Assembly (NCBI GenBank): GCA_043228905.1
Contig: JBHGNT010000124.1
Span: 1 to 64,000 of the forward strand
DNA from: Azolla caroliniana
Taxonomy: Eukaryota > Plantae > Polypodiophyta
DNA: 64,000 nt
Direction of reading: 5' to 3'
Shown here piece by piece: positions 23,443 through 34,000 of the stretch; within the stretch, counting starts at the first letter, position 1; every line of letters starts with the position of its first letter. The position numbers and the translations under genes were made by a program. Below the pieces are notes generated by a model. It was not told the origin of the DNA. It made no database searches and was given only the letters and a program-made list of their open reading frames with translations.

Positions 23443-24610
23443 GTGTCGTAGTGTATTTTGTACACTACGTGAAAAACGTATATAGTATTAGATTCAATAA
23501 AAAATGAAGAAATAGAAGAAAATAGCAAAATAAATGGAACATGTATAGGGCAAGATTCGAACCTTGCACCTCCATGTTAATAATGTAATGTCTTACCATT
23601 ACACTAGCATTTCATTAGTGTTAAAGCATAGATGTCCCACATAGAAAGGTAAATTCACGCTAGGATAAACATTAGAAAAACGCATAACAAAAGAAAAAGC
23701 TACACATACACATCTAGCGTGCATGATAAAAAACGCACAAGTTAGAAAAAGCATGATCACTTTAGATAAAGCATATAGTCTATCTATAGGAAAAGCATGG
23801 GGTCTATAGTTAGAGAAAAAGCATGGATTACTAAGACTTCCTCATCACTACATAAGGATGGGAAGCACAATGTAATTGTGTGTGAAAAATATTTGGAAAC
23901 TGGATATGTTTCTAAAAAACACCAATTAATAAACTATACTCGTGGGATTCACGAGAATTCTATATCATTCTCTTTCAACCGAAGTTTATATTCTTATATT
24001 CATATTGATTAATCTAATACAATACACTCGTGGGATTCACGAGTTTGCTATAACTCTTTCTTACAACATATTTATATTCTTATTAGCCTTAAAACTCTCC
24101 TCTTCCTAGTCCAAAACCCCAGCGGTTCCCACCCGACTCACGCAACGATCCGAAGCCGAAAGGCACGACAGCGTATACTACGTATACTGCGTAAGCTCAA
24201 GCTCTCCATTAAACCTGAGTTTTCTTCCTTCTGTTCGGTCTTCATACTTGCTTCCGCACGTTACTTTTTACATGGTATCAGAGCGCAAGGGTTGAGAACC
24301 TCTCTGCAGCCGACACAGCTTGACGAAGAAGAACAAGAACAATGGATAGAGGCATGGCGAGCTCGCTTCCAACAGAGAAGCTCGACAGAACCAACTACGC
24401 GTCTTGGTCTTACAAGATGCACCAGTACCTGCTCGGGCACGACTATTGGAGTTATGTCAAAGGAGCTAATGACGCGGCACCCGAATCGACACATAGAGAC
24501 TTCCCGTCATGGGAGCAATCGGTGAGCAGGGTATTATACTGCTTCGCGTTGTCGTGAAGAATGTGCTTCACGATATAAAAATGAGCTTAAATGTTGTATT
24601 TAATAATATT

Positions 24611-24807
24611 TGAGAGACTTGAACCCACATCCTTATATACGATGTACAATGTACATACCACTAGGCTAAGCTATTTATTTGTAAAAGTGTGTAATAAATG
24701 TGCTTCATGATATAAGAATGAAGCTATATATTGTATTAAGTAAAATTGAGGAACTTGAACCCTCAACCTTGTATACCAAGCACCAAGCATACACCACTAA
24801 GCTAGGT
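24611..24807 (-). other. Two tandem tRNA-like modules (24611-24671, 24747-24807) antisense in U3 of element F's 5' LTR; one copy at ~31170-31230 in the 3' LTR
   Basis: Minus strand TAGCCTAGTGG...GTGGGTTCAAGTCTCTC and TAGCTTAGTGG...GAGGGTTCAAGTTCCTC followed by AATTTT. Confidence 0.7.
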
Positions 24808-25494
24808 TAGTTATTTTAGAATGCATTTTCATCATTATAATTATCTCATATCTATTTTCATACATAGCCATCATTCATCACATGCAATGCATGTGCGCCA
24901 AATGGCGATCATGCATTACATGTAACTCATGCATTGCATGCATGCCATGCTCCCATACATTACCATATGCATGGCAACACTTATATAAAGAGGGGAAAGG
25001 GAAAACAAGGAGGGGAATCAAGAGAAAGTTAGAGAAATAAGATAATCACAAAAACAAACAAGTTAGCTTGTTGGTGAAGAGGCTCGTGTTTCCAAGTTGG
25101 AGTCAAGAGTTCGAATCAAGGGTCGGTAGAGAATGTGTTCAGTTTGCGATCAAGGATTGTAAAGTTGGTAAAATATTGTCTTTTTAATATACATCATGTT
25201 TATATCAAATACTCTTGCTTCTTGATTCATACTTTGTCTCAATCTTCTTTCTTGAAGCATACATTGTCTCTATCTTTTATCTATGCTCATCTCTCTCTCT
25301 CACACACACACACACACATTACTCGTAACTCTTCTTCTTGCTATCCTTAACCACTCTATCATCACCATACAAGCCTTATTAAAAGTTAAGTTTCTTCAAC
25401 TCCCCTTAACCTTAGTCCCCGCGACTTTGCCGTACGAACCACAACTACCCCGACACATTTGGTGAACCCAACGTGAAGGCGGCGACGAGGAGAA

Positions 25495-27609
25495 ATGGAG
25501 GAGCAAATGAGGCTTATGTGTACAATGATGGAACGAGTGATGCGGGAACAAGGGATGATGGCAAGCATCGACAAAGCCGTCGACAATATTCTCGCACGAG
25601 TAGGAATCTTCGAAGGTATAAATTTAACAAGATTTCTGAAGATTTATAATGAAGAAATGCTTAAACGCGGTGTCGACGAAGCTACAAAAATTAATAGCTT
25701 TAGTCGAGTCGCTGCGATTGGGCTACAAGAGAGGATCCAAGATCTTCAAAGGGAGAATCAGACATGGACAACATTCGAAAGGGCATTACTCAATGAATAC
25801 AACCTCAACGATATGTCAAGGATGACAAGGCGAGCTTTCATGGATTGGGTAGAGTCTAATAAACATTTAAGTGTTTTGGAAGTATTAAAAGAGTTTTCTG
25901 AAAGATTTGAGCAACTAAATGTTAGAGATAGAAATATAATAGTGCCAGATAAAGTAATATTGTTTCTACAAGCTACTAATATTAAAGACAGGAAGGACTT
26001 GGGAATGCTTTTAGAAGATCAGAATAGTCCAAGTGGACTTACCGAAGATTGGGAGGAGGTGAAAAGGGCGTGCGCCCATTTCTGCAAAAGAAAGTTATGG
26101 TTTATGGAGTTGCCCGACAGAAATGATGAAGAAACGGGGAACGAGTCGGGAGAAAAGAAAGTAGAAGAATCACTCTTACACGAATTAGTGAAAGGCATGA
26201 AAGACTTGTCGATCAAAGTGACGAAGCTAGAATCGGGACAAAGCTCGACTTCATCAAGGCAGGGAGGTGGAATGGTTCGAAGGTGTATGTGGTGTGATAG
26301 TATCGACCACCAGAAGAAAGATTGTCAAGAGCATAGGGATGCTCTTAATCATAATAAAATCTACTATCAAGATGGCAAGATTCACTCAACTGAGACTCGA
26401 CAACCACTTCAACTCAACTTCGGGTGAGGAGGAATGAAAAGGCTAATGGAAGATGCCGAGAGAGAAACGACTCAAGCGATACAATCCGTGGCAACCTTAG
26501 GATTGTGCGTAGAAGACTCATATGGTGGATCTGGCTTTTGGCAAGATGTGATGGATTATGCAAGAAAAGGGAAGGTTCGAGTGGATGAATTAAAAAGAGC
26601 GGGAGATGAAATACGAAACTTCACTGGATGGAATGATCCAGTAGACGCGCTATCAGCATTCGCCCAAGTGAGTGCACAAGATGTGCTAGTGGAAGAGAAG
26701 CGGAAGAGAGCTGAGGAAGCTGATCCGACAAAGAGACATGAGACACGAGAACAAAAGAGAAGGGAGATGGAAAAGGGTGCTATTGAGCCGAAGGAAGCTG
26801 ATAAAGTAAAAGGAAAGACAGGCCCATCTTTCAAGCTTGCCTCAGACATAGAAACAACGACGGATATAAAAAAGGTACTAGAAACAAGAATATTAAATAG
26901 TAAGGTAGAATTTACTTTAAGAGAAGTGTTGGGTATAGCAAAGAAAGAATTTCATGAAGTTATCATAGATATTATTAGAAGGAAGAGACAGGTGACGGAG
27001 GAAATTACGGGAGGGTGTGCAGCAACACTCCAAGATTTGTATGGTGGCACCATCAATGCTGCAAGTGTAAAAAACCAGAATGATGTTGGCGTCCATGAAG
27101 GGGATAGGAGTCACTATACAAGGGACCATTGGGCTTGAGCAACAACGGAGGCACCTGCAAAAATTGGGGAGCAGCAAATTCCATGTATTGCTTTGATCGA
27201 TCATGGATCAGAGATTAACATGATGTCATCGGAATTTTACGCTCGAGGACGATGGCCGATCGATAAGAATCATGGGTGGAAAATAAGAGTTGCCACAGAA
27301 ACTATGGAGGATCTATTCGGAGCATGTCCTAGTGTGAAGGTAACAATTGGTGATGTCTCGGTGAATCAAAATTTCTTTGTGCAGGATCGATCAACCTACC
27401 CCATCATCCTTGGCCAGCCCTACATCACCGCAGTGAGGATGGAAACAAAGGTTATTGATGATGGTTCGGCTTTCGCGAGAATCAAGAGTCAAGATGGAAG
27501 AAAGACTGTCCAATTCTTAACCGTGAGGCCCAACCATGAAAGAAACAAAGAATGCTTGAGGGAACATCCAATTCAAGAGATGGATGTAGAGTTTTCCCAG
27601 GATTTTTAG
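25495..27609 (+). pseudogene. Gag-protease ORF of element F with two premature TGA codons (26425, 27136)
   Basis: Same frame across ORFs 25495, 26434 and 27193. CMWCDSIDHQKKDC knuckle, LIDHGSEIN protease motif, ILGQPY. Confidence 0.88.
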
Positions 27610-27643
27610 ATAGGGCTTTTACAGGTAGGGGCTGTGATAGCCC
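27600..27643 (+). promoter_or_regulatory. Putative -1 programmed ribosomal frameshift signal
   Basis: G_GAT_TTT immediately before the gag-pro stop TAG, a 6-nt spacer, then the stem GGGCT-T-TTACAG...CTGTGA-T-AGCCC. Pol is in the -1 frame. Confidence 0.72.
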
Positions 27644-30600
27644 GAGCATAAAAGAAAACCCCATAAATAATAATGTAAATAAAGATATTCCTTGTACAAT
27701 CTCATCTAATGGTGCTACTTTTATACTAAATGTAAATAATAATAAAATACAAAATGCTTTCGAGTACTTTAAGTGTTCTGGATTAATAGATGATGATGAA
27801 GAAATTCAGGATATGTTTGAAGAATTAAGTTTTGAAGATACAATAACTCATTTGGAAGCAATGGAAGAAGACAACGAAATCCAAGTTCCTGTCCATTCAA
27901 TCAAGATGTATGAGGTCATTGAAGAAGTTGCTCGAAAGGATCATGAAGCACATGTACCAACAAAGTACAAGACAGTGGAGAAGAAGGTTCGTCCTATTGC
28001 TGCTCCACTTCCAGGGGATAGTGAAAAGGCAATCAAAGAAGCAGCCACAGAGCCAATGATCAGAGACCCACGAAAGGTAGGACATGTGTTTACTCCGGAA
28101 ACAATACAAGGGATGAAAATAGGAGGGGGTGACTTCCTATTACCCGCTGAAGAAAAGCAGTTCAGGGAGATGTTAAAAAGGCATGGAAAGGCGTTCGCAT
28201 TCCAACCGGAGGAAATAGGGTGTGTGGATCCAGAAATTGTGGAGCCCATGGTTATATTCACTATCCCTCATATTCCATGGAACTTTAAGCCAATACCCAT
28301 GCCTAGGGCTAGAATCCCTCAACTATTAGAACTTTTGAAAGAAAAGATAAGGATGGGTATCTTGGAACCATCAAACGCTCCTTACTCGAGTCGATGGTTC
28401 ACCGTGTTAAAGAAAGATGGGCGACTCCGATTTATCCAAGATATGCAACCCGTGAATAAGGTAACAATCCGAAACTCGGGAGTAGGGCCAATTGTGGATG
28501 AGTTTGCTGAGATGTTTGCAGGAAGAGCTATATATTCAATGGGAGACCTTTATTCCGGGTATGATCAATTTCAACTTGCTATCAAAAGTCGAGATATAAC
28601 TTCTATCAAGACACCTATAGGGTTAGTACGGATGTGCACCTTGCCGCAAGGAGCGACCAACTCAATGGCGTATATGATGAATGGAATGAACAAGGTACTT
28701 CGTGATTTTATTCCTCATATTACAATGCCTTTTCTAGATGATGTTCCAATTAAGGGATGCAAGGAGGAAGAGAAGAACGAGGAATTGGACGAAAGTGGTT
28801 GCCGTCAATTCGTTGCTGATCATATCAAGGATTGTGAGAAGGTGCTATCAAGGATGGAAGAAGTGCATTTGACCTTATCAGGGGCGAAGTCAATATTTGG
28901 GGCAAAAGAGATATTAATAGTTGGTCATATGTGTGGCCCGTATGGGAGAAAGCCATCCCCAACCAAGGTCAATGCAATTCAAAATATGCAAGAGGAATGT
29001 ACATCCATCTCAGAAGTACGAAGGTTTCTGGGGGTATGTGTTTTTTACTGTAAATGGATTCCGCATTATGCCCATTTATCTGAACCTTTATATAGACTCC
29101 TAAGAAAAGGAGAGACATTTGAATGGAGTGAAGAGCATTCAGAGGCAATGAAGAAATTGAAGTACTACTTGGCACAAGCTCCACCATTAAAGCAACCAGA
29201 CTACACCCGGCCCATATATCTCACAGTAGACTCTAGTCCCATTGGAATTGGATGGGTGATAAGCCAACAAGATAGGGAAGAAAGGTATCCAGTCCGATTC
29301 GGGGCAAAGGTTCTTAGTGGTCGACAAAGAAAATATGCACAGGTGAAGAGAGAGCTATGGGGGATAGTAACAGCTGTAAAGACAGACAAAGATTACTTAA
29401 TTGGTGCTGAAGTAATAATAGAAACTGATTGTTTGCCTATTCTGGGTATCATAGCTAATTGTGATATTCCAGATCAAGCCATGTTAAGATGGTGTATCTA
29501 TATTAGATCAATCAACCCTGAAGTTCAACATATCTCTGGGAATAGAAATGCAATAGCAGATATGTTATCAAGAGGAAGAGGAGATTCCAGACTCGGACGA
29601 TGAGGACAAAGAACAAACAGTCCTTACCACAAGCATTACTCGGGAAGGAGGAATGCAGTTTCTAGAAGAAGAGTATGAAGAAGAATTCAAGGAAATAGGG
29701 AAATACCTACAAACCCCTGACAAGTACAAAGGTCGATCTGGAAAAGAGTTCGCACAGTTTCGCAAGAAAGCCCATAAGTTCTTCCTACATGAAGGATATC
29801 TATGGCGACATCCGAAAACCCGCAAAGAAACCAAGACTGGAAACCCGCAAAGAGTAATAGGTTCTGAAGGGCAAAGAAAGGAGATAATCAGAGAGTTGCA
29901 TGACAAAGAATGGGCTGGTCATCGAGGAGTGTGGGCCACTTTCAGTAAGATTAAAGAATGATTTTGGTGGCCTCGATACTATGAGCAAATAAAAAAGTAT
30001 GTGGAAACTTGTCCCACTTGTCAATATTATTCAAATGTAAAATTTTGTGATGAATTACACCCAACATACTCACCGGGGGTGCATTACAAGTGGATGATAG
30101 ATTTGGTAACAATGCCACTTGGAGTAGGACAAAAGAGATACTTGGTTCTTGCTAGAGAAGATCTAACAAATCAAGTGGAAGGTCGTTCATTGCGAACAAA
30201 AGGGACATTAGGAGTATGTCAATTCATCTTGGAGGACATTGTTTGTAGATATGGATGTATCGGGAAGATAGTGGCAGATAGGGGAGAACTCAATTCTGCG
30301 GAAGCTCAAGATTTTTTCGACAAAATAGGAATTCGGCTTTCTTTGACAACAGCGTACAATCCAGAAGCTAATGGAAAGGTAGAAAGGGGACATGGGCCAA
30401 TAGTCAAAGCTTTGGCAAAGGCATGTAGAGGACGGGTTAGTGATTGGCCAAAAACCTTACCCTATGCACTATGGGCTGATAGGACAACTCACAACACTGT
30501 TACTGGATATATGCCTGCAGAATTAATCACAGGACAGAAGCCAATAATGCCAATTGAAGAAAAGATAACTACATGGGTTGTGTTGCCTTGGGAATCGGAA

Positions 30601-31065
30601 ATGAGTAGGGAAGATTTACTTGCAGTTCGAATACGACAACTTCAATCAAGGATAGAAGACATAGAAAAAGCAGCTACTAGATTGAAAGAGGCAAGAATCA
30701 AGAATAAGGACAGATTTGACAAGATGAAAAGAATACGACCAAGAAAGGTGCAAGAGGGAGATTGGGTATTAGTATATGATAATAGCCTAGATAATCAATA
30801 CAGTACTATTCGGAAGTTTGCAAAAAGATGGTTTGGACCTTATGAAGTTAGGAAAATAACAAATAAAGCCACATATTTCCTCAATGAATTAGATGGGACA
30901 GAAATTCGTATCCCAATTGCAGGAAAAAGGATTAAAATATTTAAAAGGAGGGAGTCATTAGAGCCTCAATTTTATGAAGAAGTAGAAGAACTAAAAGAAT
31001 CGGAAGAAGTGTTGGATGAACTCTGCACAACCAATGTGCAAGTTCAGAGGGGGTGGGTGTCGTGA
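27606..31065 (+). pseudogene. Pol (RT, RNase H, integrase) of element F; frameshift ~29590 and TGA at 29959
   Basis: KYKTVEKKVRP, DLYSGYDQ, LPQGATNS, FLDD, TVDSS, ADMLSR, GHRG...CPTC, ADRGE, NGKVERGH, WFGPY. No chromodomain. Confidence 0.9.
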
Positions 31066-34000
31066 AGAATGTGCTTCACGATATAAAAATGAGCTTAAAT
31101 GTTGTAAAAGTGTGTAATAAATGTGCTTCATGATATAAGAATGAAGCTATATATTGTATTAAGTAAAATTGAGGAACTTGAACCCTCAACCTTGTATACC
31201 AAGCACCAAGCATACACCACTAAGCTAGGTTAGTTATTTTAGAATGCATTTTCATCATTATAATTATCTCATATCTATTTTCATACATAGCCATCATTCA
31301 TCACATGCAATGCATGTGCGCCAAATGGCGATCATGCATTACATGTAACTCATGCATTGCATGCATGCCATGCTCCCATACATTACCATATGCATGGCAA
31401 CACTTATATAAAGAGGGGAAAGGGAAAACAAGGAGGGGAATCAAGAGAAAGTTAGAGAAATAAGATAATCACAAAAACAAACAAGTTAGCTTGTTGGTGA
31501 AGAGGCTCGTGTTTCCAAGTTGGAGTCAAGAGTTCGAATCAAGGGTCGGTAGAGAATGTGTTCAGTTTGCGATCAAGGATTGTAAAGTTGGTAAAATATT
31601 GTCTTTTTAATATACATCATGTTTATATCAAATACTCTTGCTTCTTGATTCATACTTTGTCTCAATCTTCCTTATTAAATCATACTTTGTCTCAATCTTC
31701 TTTCTTGAAGCATACATTGTCTCTATCTTTTATCTATGCTCATCTCTCTCTCTCGCACACACACACACATTACTCGTAACTCTTCTTCTTGCTATCCTTA
31801 ACCACTCTATCATCACCATACAAGCCTTATTAAAAGTTAAGTTTCTTCAACTCCCCTTAACCTTAGTCCCCGCGACTTTGCCGCACGAACCACAACTACC
31901 CCGACAGCGTCGTGTGTGGGCGAACAACTATTGAGCTATGTTCGGGATGCAATGACGCCGAATGGTGTGTGGGAAAATCTGAAGAAGATCTTCGCCGCGA
32001 GCACCACAGCCAAGAAGCTTCAGCTCCGACAGGAGTTGAGCAACCTACGACAACGCGACTCGTCGGTGGCGGACTATACCTCGAAGATCAAGGATATTTG
32101 CGACTCCCTCGCCTCCATAAAGGTGAACATCGAGGAGAGTGAGATGGTCCAGATCTGTCTCGGAGGTTTGGCGTCGAAGTTCGGAGCGTTCCGGACGGCT
32201 GTGTGTACCCGGGAGAATACGCCGTCCTTTTTCGACTTACAGTCAATGCTCCTGGTAGAGGAGAACCACGCGGGTGCGTCTACAAGCACGCACACCAACA
32301 GCAGAATGTTGTACACGGAGGGAGATAGGCCCCGTGGACGTGGAGGACGAGGCGAGTCGGCACGCAATGGAGGCGGCCGACGAGATCAAGGAAGAAGGCA
32401 CCGAAGTGATGCCGACAGCAACTCCGGACCCTCCGGAAACAGGGGGAGTCGAAGCGATGAGAATCGGCAAGGGAAGGCCATCGCGGAGTGCTGGTACTGT
32501 GGCAAGAAAGGCCACAGGGAAAGTGAGTGCTAGAAGAAGCGCGCCGATTCAGAGAGAACCAGTTCCGGAAACGGCTCTGGACATACCGACAAGGGAAATC
32601 GGCAGCGATCACACTACGCCGAAGACTCCGAGAGAGCCAGAGAAGGGTCTGCCTTCGTGACGAGACACAAAGCAAAGTCAATGAAACGGATCACCCCGAG
32701 ATTGGACGAGGTGTGGTACGTAGACTCCGGCGCGTCAAACCACATGACGAGCCATAAGGAGTGGTTCTCGTACCTTGAAAAACCGATACAACCTGGAGTA
32801 GTCGCAACTAGAGACGACACTCCGCATCCGATCGCGAATGTCGGAGAAGTTCCCCTTAGCCATGTCGGGCAGAAAGGGAAACTCATGAACGTGCTGCACG
32901 TTCCGACAATCACGAAGAGCTTGGTCTCGGTCGGACAGATCGTCGACCAAGGGATGGAGGTTCGGTTTACACACCTCGGGTGCTTCATTGAGGAAGAAGG
33001 CCGTGTGATTGCGCAAGGGCACAGAGATGGGAGGATGTTCATCCTCGACTCCACTGACGGCGGCACCGCAATGTTCGCGAAGGGAAGAAAACCGAGTCGG
33101 ACATCGACTTGTGGCACAAGCGGATAGGCCACGTCAACTACCAGCGGCTTCAAGATCTCCAATCGAAACAGGTAGTGTTCGGATTGCCCAAATTTAGTGG
33201 CCGAAAGGCACAAATTTGTGAAGCCTGCCAGCTCGGGAAGCAACACCGACTTCCTTTCCCCAACGAGCTAAACCGGAGCCGGAATAAGCTCGACCTTATA
33301 CACTCCGATGTATGGGGGCTGGCACAAAACGTTAGTCTTGGCGGGAGCCGATATTTCATCTCATTCATCGACGACCACACGCAGCACACGTGGATCTACC
33401 TCATTGAGAGGAAGAGTGAAGTCTTCGACTATTTCCGGGACCTCAAAGGGTTCGTGGAAACGGAAACGGGACGGAAGATCAAGTGCCTGCGGTCGGATGG
33501 CGGAAAAGAGTACTTTTCTGGTCAATTCAACGGTTATCTACAACAAATGGGAATTCGGCGCGAATTCAGTTGTAGATACACGCCAGAGCAGAACGGCGTG
33601 GCCGAGAGGAAGAATCGGTCAGTTGTGGAAGCGGCACGGGCAATGTTGGAGGAGAAGAGTTTGCCCAAGTTCTACTGGGCTGAGGCGGTAAGGACCGCGG
33701 TATACATCCAGAACTGGATCGGAGACAAAGTGTCGGCGCACGAGCTGTATTTCGGAACGAAGCCGAACTTGCGACACTTGAGGGTGTTCGGTAGCATTGC
33801 GTATGTGCATGTACCGAAGGAGAAAAGGAGGAAGCTGGACGCAAAGGCCGAGAAATGCATCTTGGTCGGTTACTCGGACGAGTAGAAGGGTTATAAGTGC
33901 TATAACCCTCGCACAACAAGCGTGTGTTAGCCGCGACGTTGTGTTTGACGAGTCCGCGTCCTAGTACCAGCCCCCGACTCCGAACCCCAACTCCAATCCG

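Larger units (their letters stand above)
20653..24170 (+). mobile_element. Gag-only (TR-GAG-like) non-autonomous LTR element 'E'. LTRs 20653-21379 and 23444-24170 (727 bp), TSD GCGT, tRNA-Trp PBS.
   Basis: LTRs appear identical by eye. GCGT at 20649-20652 and 24171-24174. PBS TGGTGAACCCGACGTGA at 21384, PPT GGAGGGGGTGAG. Confidence 0.95.
24550..31906 (+). mobile_element. Autonomous-type tRNA-Trp-primed non-chromovirus Ty3/gypsy element 'F'. LTRs 24550-25455 and 31058-31906, TSD GCGT.
   Basis: TGTCG...CGACA LTRs. GCGT at 24546-24549 and 31907-31910. PBS TGGTGAACCCAACGTGA at 25460, PPT AGAGGGGGTGGG. Confidence 0.95.
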
